Origin: Octopus vulgaris | Taxonomy: Eukaryota | Assembly: GCA_951406725.2 (NCBI GenBank) | Contig: OX597843.1 | Coordinates: 16,182,001-16,246,000, forward strand | DNA: 64,000 nucleotides | Direction of reading: 5' to 3' | Shown: positions 25,178 through 40,027 of the stretch, piece after piece | How positions within the stretch are numbered: position 1 is the stretch's first letter | Layout of the letters: each line of letters opens with the position of its first letter | Notes under the pieces: generated by a model | The model's database searches: none | Told to the model about the DNA's origin: nothing | Seen by the model: only the letters and a program-made list of their open reading frames with translations | Made by a program: the position numbers and the translations under genes

Positions 25178-25959
25178 ATATATATATGTATATATTCACA
25201 CCACTAATACATACAGTCAGAAAGAGGTTACATATACCCATATATATATATATGTAACATTGCCATCCATATGCACTCACACACATACACACAGACACAC
25301 CCAGTCCTATGGCATATATTCATCACCCACATAACTTGCCCCACTTCAGATGCATCCAACACCTACACCTAGCATATATTTCAACAGGGTGTGACTGGTT
25401 CTCTGTGCATAACGGGTTTTCTATGCGCTGAGGTTGATGTTTGTAATTACAGAAGTGATGAAACACTTACAGAGATGGAAACACACACACACACACACAC
25501 TCATCTATGGGGACTTGTACTTGTTTGGCAAGTACGTGCTTTAGCTCCAACATGACGTACTTGTTTGGCAAGTGTCTTGTTCAGAGATGTCATGTTGGAG
25601 CTAAACCAAGCTACATCATAGAAGACAGGGCACGGAAATGGCTGTGAGGTAAGAAGCTTGCTTCTCAACAACTTGGTTCCGGGTTCAGTCCCACTGTATG
25701 GCATGCAAGGTAAATAAATGTCTTCTGGTATAGCCTTGGGCCATTCAAAGCCCTGTGAGTGGATTTGGTTGATGGAAGCTGCAAGAAACTCATCCATTTT
25801 AGGCACAGGAGTGGCTGTGTGGTAAGAAGCTTGCTTACCAACTACATGGCTCCGGGTTCAGTCCCACTGCATGGTACCTTGGGCAAGTGTCTTCTACTAT
25901 AGCCTCGGGCCAACCAAAGCCTTGTGAGTGGATTTGGTAGATGGAAACTGAAAGAAGCC

Positions 25960-26021
<62 letters not shown>

Positions 26022-26295
26022 ATATGTTTGTGTGTCTGTGTTTGTCCCCCTAGCATTGCTTGACAACCGATGCTGGTGTGTTTACGTCCCCGTCACTTAG
26101 CGGTTCGGCAAAAAAGACCGATAGAATAAGTAATTAGGCTTACAAAGAATAAGTCCTGGGGTCGATTTGCTCAACTAAAGGCAGTGCTCCAGCATGGCCA
26201 CAGTCAAAATGACTGAAACAAATAAAAGAGTAAAAGTGAGTATACATACATACACACACATGCACATATAAGCACGTGGGCGTGGCTGTGTAGTA

Positions 26296-26326
<31 letters not shown>

Positions 26327-26425
26327 ATTATCACCACTACGTGATCACCAGTATTGGTTTATTTAGAATATTCAACAAACCCTCCACTCAATTCTATTCA
26401 CTTTTCTTATACAATTCATGTGTGT

Positions 26426-26810
26426 GGAGGCGCAATGGCCCAGTGGTTAGGGCAGAGGACTCGCAGTCGTAGGATCACAGTTTCGATTCCCAGACTGGGC
26501 GTTGTGAGTGTTTATTGAGCGAAAACACCTAAAAAGCTCCACGCAGCTCCGGCAGGGATGGTGGTGGTCCCTGCTGTACTCTTTCACCACAACTTTCTCT
26601 CACTCTTACTTCCTGTTTCTGTTGTACCTGTATTTCAAAGGGTCAGCCTTGTCACTCTCTGTGTCACGCTGAATATCCCCGAGAACTACGTTAAGGGTAC
26701 ACGTGTCTGTGGAGTGCTCAGCCACTTACACGTTAATTTCACGAGCAGGCTGTTCCGTTGATTCGGATCAACCGGAACCCTCGTCGTCGTAACCGACGGA
26801 GTGCTTCCAC
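26426..26810 (+). mobile_element. Same SINE family, full copy
   Basis: 11-bp TSD acaattcatgt (26411-26421 / 26814-26824). Confidence 0.85.
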
Positions 26811-27910
26811 ACCACAATTCATGTAATGGTGATTCCATATCTTCGCAGTAACAGAACCCAGATCCGTGTCACACCCTGACACGATTTCACAACAACTGGA
26901 ACAGTGTTAAGAGACCAGGTCACGATGATATCAAGTTTTCTCTTCTGCCTGTTCATCATCTCTTTGCTTCAGTCGCTCAATTGCAGGCCATACTGGAGCA
27001 CTGCCCAGAAGAGATGTAGGCTAACAAAATTGCCCCCCCCGCCCCTGGTACTTACGTTTTTTTGTTTTGTTTTACTCTTTTACTCTTTTACTTGTTTCAG
27101 TCATTTGACTGCGGCCATGCTGGAGCACCGCCTTTAGTCAAGCAAATCGATCCTGGGACTTATTCTTTGTAAGCCCAGTACTTATTCTATCGGTCTCTTT
27201 TGCCCAACCGCTAAGTGACGGGGACGTAAACACACCAGCATCGGTTGTCAAGCAATGCTAGGGGTACAAACACAGACACACAAACATATACACACACATA
27301 CATACATACATATATACAACAGGCTTCTTTCAGTTTCCATCTACCAAATCCACTCAAGACATTGGTCAGCCCGGGGCTATAGCAGAAGACACTTGCCCAA
27401 GGTCACGTAAAAAGCACCAATCCAATGGTGGCCGTTGCCAGTCTCCTCTGGCATGTAAAAAGCACCCACTACACTCACGGAGTGGTTGGCGTTAGGAAGG
27501 GCATCCAGCTGTAGAAACACTGCCAGATCAGACTGGAACCTGGTGCAGCCTTCTGGCTTCCCAGACCCCAGTTGAACCGTCCAACCCATGCTAGCATGGA
27601 AAGCGGATGCTAAACGATGATGATGATGATGATGATTATATTATATATATATATATATAAATTTATAAATGAGGGTGAAAAATTGATATTAATTTAATAA
27701 TACCATTAATTTAACACCGAGTGGCTTAGCACAAAAAACTACGGAGAAAATACAAATTTATACATAAATTATTAGAGAGTTAACCACTATGTGGATAACT
27801 CTAGTGCTAAAAATAGCTCCGATAGTATAGCCACAGAAAAAGATGTTTCCAACTAGAAGTAACATACATTTAACGGAAGGAAAGTGAAATATAACGAATA
27901 AATAGATTGA

Positions 27911-27985
27911 CCCTGAACAAATTGTTTCATTACTAATGTAATATGTAATTTTACTTACATACACATCTATAAATCATCAGCAGAG
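27911..27985 (-). ncRNA. Hammerhead motif in left arm of 500-bp palindrome
   Basis: ctctg-CUGAUGA-long AU-rich stem II (uauguaa/uuacaua)-GAAA-caauuug-UU-caggg. Confidence 0.65.
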
Positions 27986-28048
27986 GTTTGTCTTAAATAC
28001 AATTAATTAGACCGACCCGAGCGTCAATTAATTGTATTTAAGACAAAC

Positions 28049-28123
28049 CTCTGCTGAAGATTTATAGATGTGTATGTAAGTAAAATTACATATTACATTA
28101 GTAATGAAACAATTTGTTCAGGG
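28049..28123 (+). ncRNA. Hammerhead motif in right arm of 500-bp palindrome
   Basis: ctctg-CUGAAGA-stem II-GAAA-caauuug-UU-caggg; differs from the left copy at the variable core position N7. Confidence 0.65.
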
Positions 28124-28579
28124 TCAATCTATTTATTCGTTATATTTCACTTTCCTTCCGTTAAATGTATGTTACTTCTAGATGGAAACATCTTTTTTCT
28201 GTGGCTATACTATCGGAGCTATTTTTAGCACTAGAGTTATCCACATAGTGGTTAACTCTCTAATAATTTATATATATATGCCTTGTGAGTGGATTTGGTA
28301 GACGGAAACTGAAAGAAGCCTGTCGTATATATGTATATATATATATATAGTGTGTGTGTGTATATGTTTGTGTGTCTGTGTTTGTCCCCCTAGCATTGCT
28401 TGACAACCGATGCTGGTGTGTTTACGTCCCCGTAACTTAGCGGTTCGGCAAAAGAGACCGATAGAATAAGTACTGAGCTTACAAAGAATAAGTCCCGGGG
28501 TCGATTTGCTCGACTAAAGGTGGTGCTCCAGCATGGCCGCAGTCAAATGACTGAAACAAGTAAAAAGAGTAAAAAAGAG

Positions 28580-28672
<93 letters not shown>

Positions 28673-29286
28673 GTGTGCATATATGTATATTCTTTTCTAT
28701 GTTCCAGCCCAAAGGTTGTGGCAATGCTGGAGCACTGCCAGTTTCATTCAGTGTCAGTCTACTAAATCCACTCATAAGGCCTGAGGATATAGTAAAAGAC
28801 ACTTGCCCAAGGTGCCATGCAGTGGGATTGAACCTGGAACCATGTGGTTGGGAAGTAAGCTTACCACACCGCCACTCCTGCGCCTATATATATATATTTT
28901 TTTTTTTTATTTGTTTGTTTCAGTCATTTGACTGTGGCCATGCTGGAGCACCACCTTTTAGTCAAAGAAATTGACACCTGGACTGATTCTTTGTAAGCCT
29001 GGTACTCATTCTATCAATATCTTCTGTCGAACCGCTAAGTTACGGGGACATAAACACACCAACATCAGTTGTCAAGTGATGGTGGGGAAGGGAAAAAACA
29101 CAGACACAAAGACACACACATACATATATATGTATATGATGGGCTTCTTTCAGTTTCCGTCTACAAAATCCACTCACAAGGCTTTGGTTGGCCCAAAGTT
29201 ATAGTAAAGAACACCTGCCCAAGATGCCACGCAGTGGGACTGAACCCGGATCCAATGTGGTTTGGAAGCAAGCTTCTTACCACATA

Positions 29287-29336
<50 letters not shown>

Positions 29337-30110
29337 CCTGGAAGTCTGACGTTAAATGATGACAATGATTATTGTATATATATATATAAATCACATACAT
29401 ATATACTCTTTTACTTGTTTCAGTCATTTTGACTGTGGCCATGCTGGAGCACCGCCTTTAGTCAAGCAACTCAACCCCGGGACTTATTCTTTGTAAGTCC
29501 AGTACTTATTCTATCGGTCTCTTTTTGCCGAACCGCTAAGTGACGGGGACGTAAACACACCAGCATCGGTTGTCAAGCAATGCTAGGGGGACAAACACAC
29601 ACACACAAACACACACACATACACATATACATACACATACATATATATATATATACATATATACGACAGGCTTCTTTCAGTTTCCGTCTACCAAATCCAC
29701 TCACAAGGCTTTGGTCGGCCTGAGGCTATAGCAGAAGACACTTGCCCAAGGTGCCAGGCAGTGGGACTGAACCTGGATCCAAGTGGTTAGTTAGCAAGCT
29801 TCTTATCACACAGCCATACCCATGCCTTGTCTTCCATGATGCAACTTGCTTTAGTTCCAGAACATCATCTCCAAGCCAGACACTTGCCAAACAGGTCTAA
29901 GTCCCACATAGACATGTGTGGGTGTGTGTGAACAATTTCTAGTTCTCTTGTCATTTATTTAATTTCTCGTGTGTTGTGTGTGTGTTTGTGTGTGTATATA
30001 TATTTATATATTGTTAATCCAAACAAGAAAGCACAAAAAAACACAACAACACGAGGACGTGGAACAAATATAGTATTATTGGACGCTCAGGAAAGAAGGG
30101 AAGAAGAAGG

Positions 30111-30145
30111 GTTTAACGTTTTGAGCGGAGCTCTTCGTCGGAAAC
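30111..30145 (-). ncRNA. Second copy of the CCGACGA hammerhead, GAAA mutated to AAAA (likely inactive)
   Basis: Same repeat family as 21425-21612 (copy at about 30010-30225); plus strand gtttaacgttttgagcggagctcttcgtcggaaac. Confidence 0.55.
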
Positions 30146-30961
30146 ACAAGAGAAGAAAAGATCCAGAGAAGGGAAGACAGAGGAAAAAAAATCGCCAATG
30201 GTACACACGCGGTTACATTTTGAATGCATTTTGAATATATATTTATATATATAGATACATGGCTTAGTGCAACCCACAGTATTGTGGGTACCATGCAGTT
30301 TGCAGGACTACAGACCCTGGAGTTGGTGTTGCAACAGCGTCATGCTGGGGGAGGTGGGGTAGAACAGGTTACTGCAGGGCCACTCAGAGACCCACAGAGA
30401 CATAGGACAAAGTACTGGAGGACGATCTCAGAATGAGCCTTGCTGATTCGACGGTCATTCAGAATGCTCACAGCAGCCATATTCCTACACACACACACAA
30501 AAACACACACACAAAAGCACACACACACAAAACACACACATACAAACACACACACATACACACACACACACAAACACACACATTATTAACGTCTGCTTTT
30601 ATGCTCAGTTGTAATAAAAAACAGAAATATTAAATTTTTAAATATCTCATTGAGATATGTACAGTGGTGGAGCGATAGAGCGATTGTATACTGTCAACTT
30701 AACGTGACAGTAAGGGAATTACACCACCGCTGTTTAGCCCTAGGAAGCATCGGTGCTTCCTGTCGGCTTCGACACATTTCCTGTGTCCTTATATATTTAC
30801 GAAGGGGAGACAAACATCCCCAACAGCAGGCCTGCTGTTGGGGGTGTTTGTCTCCCCTTCGTATACAACCACTCTGTAATAAAAACAATTTCACAGTAAT
30901 CTGATAAGCCTCTCTATATTTTTGTAGAGTACAAATTTATTATTCTTAGAGAAGAATGTTG

Positions 30962-31006
30962 ATAGTAACTTCAAAGTTTCTATTAGCTAAGCCATCATCA
31001 GACTAT
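30962..31006 (-). ncRNA. Type I hammerhead ribozyme candidate
   Basis: auagu-CUGAUGA-uggc(uua)gcua-aua-GAAA-cuuugaag-UU-acuau. Intact core, 5-bp stem I, near-palindromic stem III, irregular stem II. Confidence 0.6.
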
Positions 31007-33464
31007 GATGCATTGGAGTTAGTCTTGTCTTTATATAATCTCTGTTGAGTCTTAAAATCATTTTTGGGTGTGTGGGTTTGAGTGGAGTGGTAGTTAGGGT
31101 TTTATGTTGATTGTTATGGAAAGGTGTTTTGGAAAAGTTTTTACTACTCTTTACTCTCTCTTTTACCCTTTTACTTGTTTCAGTCATTTGACTGCGGCCA
31201 TGCTGGAGCACCGCCTTTAGTCGAGCAAATCAACCCCGGGACTTATTCTTTGGAAGCCCAGTACTTATTCTATCAGTCTCTTTTGCCGAACCGCTAAGTG
31301 ACGGGGACGCAAACACACCAGCATCGGTTGTCAAGCAATGCTAGGGGGACAAACACAGACACACACACATATATATATATACATATATACGACAGGCTTC
31401 TTTCAGTTTCCGTCTACCAAATCCACTCACAAGGCTTTGGTCGGCCCGAGGCTATAGCAGAAGACACTTGCCCAAGATGCCACGCAGTGGGACTGAACCC
31501 GGAACCATGTGGTTGGTTAGCAAGCTACTTACCACACAGCCACTCCTGCGCCTATATATATACGACAGGCTTCTTTCAGTTTCCGTCTACCAAATCCACT
31601 CACAAGGCTTTGGTCGGCCCGAGGCTATAGCAGAAGACACTTGCCCAAGGTGCCAGGCAGTGGGACTGAACCCGGAACCATGTGGTTGGTTAGCAAGCTA
31701 CTTACCACACAGCCACTCCTGTGCCTATGTTGAAATTTGGAGTGAAGTTATTGTTTAGAAATTTGTAAACAAGCCTGTAGGTGTTTCCCTTTTGTTAGGT
31801 AGGCACAGGGTGTGACTGTTTTTGTTGCTTTTAGTATTATTAGATTCAATTCTTTTACTTTGACAATGCAAAGGTCAAAGGTACAAAGTCCAGTATTTAA
31901 GCCCTTAGCAATTGGGTGTGTCATATATTTGTGTGTGTGTGATCACACAAGCAGCAAGACTATCAGATCTTGCTACACATCGCTGATCTCAATAGCACTT
32001 TACATTCTCTTTTAGCCTGAGGGAACGGAGGGCTGGAGCAACCTGAAATGAAGTGTTTTGCTCAACAACACAACCCGTCGCCTAATCTGGGAATGAACCC
32101 ACAATCCAGTGATCATGGGTGTAACAGCCTGACCATGCAGCTTCGTGCATGCACACACACGCATATATATGTGTGTGTATTCGATGGGATTCTTTCAGTT
32201 TCCGTCTACCAAATCCACTCACAAGGCTTTGACTGGCCCAAGGCTATAGTAGAAGACACTTGCCCAAGGTTCCACATAGTGGGACTGAACCCAGAACCAT
32301 GTGGTTGAGAAGCAAGCTTCTTACCACACAGCCATATCCAAGACCTTTTGAGATATGCTGCACTTGAGAAGACCCGTTAGCCAAGTGAGATCGTAACCGT
32401 GGCCTATGCCAGTGCAGCATTTTTAAATATTTCTGGTGCCTTCATGCAATACTCAGGCTTTACCCACATGGCACAAGCTAAAACAGGACAACAGGATAGG
32501 ATAGCTTGTTGTGTCATCGGCCTCTTTCAGTTTCTGCCAAAGAAACCCATGCACAAGTCTTTGGTCAGTACATGGCAACAGCAAGTAGAATAAGACAACC
32601 AGGCCAACGTGCCATACAGTGGGACTGAACCCAGAACCATGAGGTTTGGAAACAAACCACTAACCCACACAACCATGGCTGTTTAAAATTTGGTGGTCAG
32701 TCCACTTAGCCGTAAACAAGTACCACAGTGGTTCATCATCATCATCGTTTAATGTCCGTTTTCTATGCTAGCATTGGTTGGACGGTCCAACCGGGGATCT
32801 GTGAAGCCAGAAGGCTGCACCAGGCTCCAGTCTGATCTGGCAGTGTTTCTACAGCTGGATGCCCTTCCTAACACCAACCACTCAGTGAGTGTAGTGGATG
32901 CTTTTCACGTGCCACCTGCACAGGTGCCAGGTGAGGCTGGCAACGGCCACGATCGGTTGGTGCTTTTTACGTGCCACCAGCACGGAGGCCACAGGAGGCT
33001 GCACCAGGCCCAGTCTGATCTGGCAGTTTCTACAGCTGGATGCCCTTCCTAATGCCAACCACTCCGTGAGTGTAGTGGATGCTTTTTACGTGCCACCTGC
33101 ACAGGTGCCAGGTGAGGCTGGCAACGGCCACGATCGGATTGGTGCATTTTACGTGCCACCGGCATAGAAGCCAGTCAAGGCGGCGCTGGTATCGGCCACA
33201 ATTTGATATATAAATGGTTCCATATAGTAAATGCTAGAGGCTGTATGTAACTGACATTAACCTGCGATGACGGTCACGAGAAGCCTCACAAATTCTTCAC
33301 CCAAGAATAAGTTGCTTTTAAGGATGTTTAATAGATTTAGATAAAAGTACAGTTTGACTATTGTTTTTATCTTGTCTGATGCCGTAAGTAAAGTGAGCAG
33401 ACCAAAACCAAAACATACACATTCCATACTTCATGACATGCAGGCATTTATATATATAAACATG

Positions 33465-33496
<32 letters not shown>

Positions 33497-33538
33497 CATG
33501 CATGCATCTGTATATACACACACACAAATACATTTAAA

Positions 33539-33582
<44 letters not shown>

Positions 33583-33677
33583 CACACACACACACACGCA
33601 AAGAAAAGTATTTGCATGCATATATATATATACATGTGTGTGTATGTATACACACACAAATGCATTTACAAGCATAT

Positions 33678-33744
<67 letters not shown>

Positions 33745-33831
33745 CACAAACGAAAACATTTGCATGCATACATATATATATGCATGTGTGTGTGTGTGTA
33801 TGTATACACAAATACATTTACAATCATATAT

Positions 33832-33892
<61 letters not shown>

Positions 33893-33919
33893 AGAAACAA
33901 AAACATTTGCATGCATGCA

Positions 33920-33954
<35 letters not shown>

Positions 33955-34405
33955 GTATGCCTGTGCATGCATGCATGTCATTGCATGTGTGGATCTGTGT
34001 GTGTGTATGTGCATACACACACACACGCATGCATGCAGACACATAATTACCTAAATTCCAATGAAGGAACCTTGTTTTCTGGGTAGGAAAATGGCTCTTT
34101 TCTCTGTGAGGGAAGTTTTAAAAATAAAACCAGAAGAACAAGTGTACATATGTATATAAGTGCACACACACACACACACACACGTCACATACAATACATA
34201 TATAAAATACACACAGACACACATACAGACACACACACACACATGTTGCATCTATTTTAAACATTCAGTGAATCAGCAAGGAAGCTGCAAATGAAAGATG
34301 AAGGCAAAACCTTGTATGGTTAGTTGTCTAGAGAGTATAATTGTGGTGTTGGTGGCGGCGGCATGATGCGATGATGGTAGCTCTGTTGATGTAGCAGCAG
34401 TGGCA

Positions 34406-34653
34406 TAATAATAATATTAATGATAATAATGATAATAATAATAATGATAATAATAATAATGATAATAATAATAATGATAATGATAATAATAATAATGATA
34501 ATAATAATAATGATAATGATAATAATGATAATAATAATAATAATAATAATGATAATAATAATAATGATAATAATAATAATGATAATAATAATAATAATGA
34601 TGATGATGATAATGATGATAATAATAATAATAATAATAATGATAATATTAATG

Positions 34654-34690
<37 letters not shown>

Positions 34691-35110
34691 TAATAATAAT
34701 GATAATAATGATAATAATAATAATGATAATAATAATAATGATAATAATAATAATGAATAATGATAATAATGATAATGATAATAATAATAATGATAATGAT
34801 AATAATGATAATAATAATAAGGATAATAATAATAATAATGATGATGATGATAATGATGATAATAATAATAATAATAATGATAATATTAATGATAATAATA
34901 ATACTTAATAATAATGATAATGATACTTAATAATAATAATAATGATGATAATGATGATAACAATAATAATAATGATAATAATAATAATGATGATAATGAG
35001 AAAAATAATAATGATACTAATAATAATAATAATAATAATGATGATAATGATGATAACAATAATGATAATGATAATAATAATGATAATAATAATAATAATA
35101 ATAATAATAA
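34406..35110. repeat. (AAT/GAT)n microsatellite
   Basis: Direct reading. Confidence 0.95.
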
Positions 35111-35520
35111 TCCTTTCTACCATCGGTACAAAACTTGAAATTTGTCAGGGGGAGGAGAACTATAGTCGATTACATCGACCCCAGTGCTCAACTGGTAATT
35201 AACTTATCGACCATGAAAGGATGAAAGGCAAAGTTGACCTTGGCGGAATTTGAACTCACAGCATACTGACTGACAGGGGAAATACTGCTAAGCATTTTGC
35301 TCAGCATGCTAACAATTCTGCCAGCTTCCTGCCTTAATAATAATGATGACGACAACGATGATGATGATGATGGTGATGCTGGTGGTGATGTCCACATGGT
35401 CAACTGAATGACCAGAGATTATAAAGTAGAATTTTGTCACACACACACACACACATAGATATATATATATTAGAATACCATACATATAGATACATATATA
35501 GACATATATACATACATGGG

Positions 35521-35562
<42 letters not shown>

Positions 35563-35758
35563 TACAAATATGTGCATACAAATATATAAATATATATATG
35601 TGTATATATATATATTTATATGTGTGTGTGTGTGTGCATATATATATATATATATATTTATATGCACATATTTGTATGCATATATATATGCACATATTTG
35701 TATGCATATATATATATATATATGCATACAAATATGTGCATACAAATATATAAATATA

Positions 35759-35807
<49 letters not shown>

Positions 35808-35886
35808 GTGTGTGTGTGTGTGCATATATATATTTATATATTTGTATGCACATATGTATGCATATATATATGCACATATTTGTATG

Positions 35887-35917
<31 letters not shown>

Positions 35918-36285
35918 ACTCACACACATTTCCAAGCACAGGTGTGGCTGTGTGGTAAGGAATTCGGTTCCCAACCACATGTTCTGGTTTAGTTCCACTG
36001 CATGACACATTGAGCAAAGCTCTGTGAATGAATGTGGTACACAGCAACTGAAAGCAGCTCATATAATATATATACTTTTTTACTTGTTTCAATCATTTGA
36101 CTGCGGCCATGCTGGAGCACCGCCTTTAGTCGAGCAAATCGACCCCGGGACTTATTCTTTTGTAAGCCCAGTACTTATTCTATCGGTCTCTTTTGCCGAA
36201 CCGCTAAGTGACGGGGACGTAAACACACCAGCATCGGTTGTCAAGCAATGCTAGGGGGACAAACACAGACACACAAACACACACA

Positions 36286-36328
<43 letters not shown>

Positions 36329-36697
36329 CGTAAAAAGCACCCACTACACTCACGGAGTGGTTGGCGTTAGGAAGGGCATCCAGCTGTAGAAACATTGCCA
36401 GATAAGACTGGAGCCTGGTGCAGCCTTCTGGCTTCCCAGATCCCCGATCGAACCGTCCAACCCATGCTGGCATGGAGAACGGACGTTAAACAATGATGAT
36501 GATGATATATATATATATATATACATATATACTACGGGCTTCTTTCAGTTTCCATCTACCAAATCCATTCACAAGGCTTTGGTCGGCCCGAGGCTATAGT
36601 AGAAGACACTTGCCCAAGGTGCCATGCAGTGGGACTGAATCCGGAACCATGTGGTTGGTAAACAAGCTACTTACCACACAGCCACTCCAGCGCCTAG

Positions 36698-36920
36698 TCA
36701 ACGGCCATCCAATGAATGTCTTAAGGCTGTATCATGCGCGGGGACATAGAAATAATCGGACTGAATACCCGATCGCGCGGTTAAACCATTGGGAGTGAAG
36801 GACTCCTAGCCTTTGTTAGGGCATCCTTCTAGGAGAAGGTAACTCAGGTAACTGGGATAACTCCGACATAAAACCTGTGGCTCAGTGGTTACTGATGATG
36901 TTGACTTGTTGTTCTTTTCG
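36698..36920 (+). mobile_element. RTE-type 5' UTR-derived fragment
   Basis: Motif gcctttgttagggcatccttctaggagaaggtaactc; a related motif occurs at about 11505-11630. Confidence 0.5.
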
Positions 36921-37748
36921 GACGGACGGACGTACATACATACATACATATTGTGTACAGACAAGTGAATAGTTTAAAAAGCACATTACTTCACAGCGAT
37001 GACGAAAGAAGAGCAGGATAATAATACAAGAGTGTTTGTTCGTTAACAAAAGCGGTTAAGAAGATTAATAAAAATATTAATAACCATAATAGTGGAGGAT
37101 GATAAGTATAATAAGCGATTGTAACAGCAACGATGACAGCAACAACATTCATAAAGAGTTCAACAACAATGGCAAAGGCACTCGTGAATTACAGGACAAA
37201 GATTCATGCGTGGTTATCACATAACACACGGACACACTGACACACATGTAGTCACGTGTACAAAGCATACATGCTTTTGCACAAGATTCCAAACACACAC
37301 ACATGCAGATGCAGGCATGGATGCTTTGTAGTCGAATGGTTTCAAGTTCAGTGCCACCATACTCTTTTATTCTTTTACTTGTTTCAGTCATTTGACTGCG
37401 GCCATGCTGGAGCACCGCCTTTAGTCGAGCAAATCGACCCCAGGACATATTCTTTGTAAGCCTAGTACTTATTCTATCGGTCTCTTTTGCCAAACCGCTA
37501 AGTTACAGGGACGTAAACACACCAGCATCAGTTGTCAAGCGATGTTGGGGGGACAAACACAAACACACACACATATATATATACACATATATACGACGGG
37601 CTTCTTTCAGTTTCCCTCTACCAAATCCACTCCCAAGACTTTGGTTGGCCTGAGGCTATAGTACAAAACACAAGGTGCCATGCAGTGGGACTGAACCCAG
37701 AACCATGTGGTTGGGAAGCAAGCTTCTTACCACATAGCCACACCTACA

Positions 37749-37783
<35 letters not shown>

Positions 37784-38227
37784 CAGGCTTCTTTCAGTTT
37801 CCGTCTACCAAATCCACTCACAAATCTTTAGTCAGCCTGAGGCTACAGTAGAAGACACTTGCCCAAGGTGCCACACAGTGGGACTGAACCTAGAAGCATG
37901 TGGTTGGGAAGCAAGCTTCTTACCACACAGCCATGCTACAACACACTGTCCATTCATACTTGACCTCAGTCACATGATCAGCAGGGTCCAAAAAGGCTTC
38001 TATTGAAAATCTCTAATCAATAACAAATGCTAGTACAGATAAAAAAAAAATAGACAACTGGTTATACAAGTCATGAGCTACTGCCTGCGCTTACCAACAC
38101 CAATGCTGACCGAGTATACTGGTCAATCAGGCTATTGTCCACTGCAGTGTTAGTAAGATATTGCACAATGGTTAATGACTACCATCCACACCATGTCCAA
38201 TCTCTATTTAGATAGACACCGGTGCTA

Positions 38228-39092
38228 TCATCATCATCATCATCATTGTTCGACCGGGGTCGAGACAATGGAATTTACCATGCTACGCCAGACTTCACGG
38301 TCCATCATAGCATTACAGAAGTCCTGTTGCTGGATGCCTGTATCCCTGGAGATTACATCAGAGTAGGAGAGTGTGTGCCCTCTGGTATCGCAAGCAGATG
38401 GCTTCCAGAGGAGAAGAGTAGAGATTACCTCGTTTTCAGCTCTACAACAATGTCCAGCAAACTGGACTCTTCTGTCTTTCACAAGAGATGACACAGGTGG
38501 TAGTTTACCATATATTTGCATTTTGGTTGGATGGCACTTCCACGAGAGATTTTGAGCTCTTATAAGGAGGCGAGTGTAGGTTCCATCCAACTGCCTCTCG
38601 AAGAGTGTGTGCCCTCTGGTATCGCGAGTAGATGGCTTCCAGAGGAGAAGAGCAGAGATTACCTCGTCTTCAGCTCTACAACAATGTCCAGAAAACTGGA
38701 CTCTTCTGCCTTTCACAAGAGATGCTACAGGTGGTAGTTTCCCATATATTTGTACTTTGGTTGGATGACGCTTCCACGAGAGATTTTGAGCTCTTATAAG
38801 GAGGCGAGTGTAGGTTCCATCCAACTGCCTCTCGAAGAGTGTGTGCCCTCTGGTACCGCGAGTAGATGGCTTCCAGAGGAGAAGAGTAGAAATTGCCTCT
38901 TTTTCAGCTCTACAACAACGTCCAGCAAACTGGACTCTCCTACCTTTCACAAGAGATGCTACAGGTGGTAGTTTACCATATATTTGCATTTTGGTTGGAT
39001 GGCACTTCCACGAGAGATTTTGAGCTCTCATAAGGAGGCAAGTGTAAATTCCATCCAACCACCTCTCAAGCTTCTTTGATAACGTCCAGGTT
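38228..39092 (-). mobile_element. RTE-clade LINE 3' end with in-frame 234-bp triplication
   Basis: ORF with ETWTL, RRVQFAGHCCR and DREVWR motifs, (GAT)n tail; repeat units anchored at 38371, 38605 and 38839. Confidence 0.9.
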
Positions 39093-39989
39093 TCTATAAC
39101 GTCCGGTGCTATACCTCCCTAAGAAGGTTAAGGGAAGGCCTAGTACAGTGGTTCCTGATGATTTTGGCACCATAGAATGGTTTTATGCAAGGCAATTATC
39201 CCATGGATTGAGGGATCATGTGCATAACAGAACACAATAAAGTGCATCATATACAATTTATTTATAATGTGTGTGTGTATGTTTGTCCTCCAGCACCATT
39301 TGGTAACTGGTGTTGGTGTGTTTACATCCCTGTGAGACATATATATATATATATATATATATATAAGTAAAGGATAAAAGATATACTGGGATTGATTTGC
39401 TCAACTAAAATCCTTCAAGGTGGTGGGTGCCCCAGCATGGCCACAGTCCAATGACTGAAAAAAGTAAGAGATAAAAGATATACTGGGGTTGATTTGTTCA
39501 ACTGAAAACCTTCGAGGTGTTGCCCCAGCATGGCCACAGTCCAATGACTGAAACAAGTAAAAGATAAACACCAGAATAACTGCTTAACAGTTGGGCTTTG
39601 CCATGTTCTGATTATGCACTCCATTTCACACACAGAACAATGCTATCTCTTGACTGTCTCAGATTATAAAAAAAAACCTTTGTGTTGATAAAGCAGAGCA
39701 TTTACAGACAAGATACGATGTGCATTCCAGAAGTTTTTAGACTACTTTTGAGGAAAGGCACTTGTAACTGTCCTAGATACTTTTACTCTTATTACTCGCT
39801 TCAGTCATTTGACTGTGGCCATGCTGGAGCACCGCCTTTAGTCGAGCAAATCGACCCCGGGACTTATTCTTTGTAAGCCTAGTACTTATTCTATCGGTTT
39901 CTTTTGCCAAACCGCTAAGTTACGGGGACATAAACACACCAACATCGGTTGTCAAGCAATGCTAGAGGGACAAACACACACAAACATAT

Positions 39990-40027
<38 letters not shown>

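Larger units (their letters stand above)
27660..28271. mobile_element. Penelope-like terminal repeat with inverted copy (about 245-bp arms)
   Basis: Arms 27764-28008 and 28026-28271 are near-perfect inverted repeats, each with a hammerhead; flanked by (TA)n. Confidence 0.7.
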
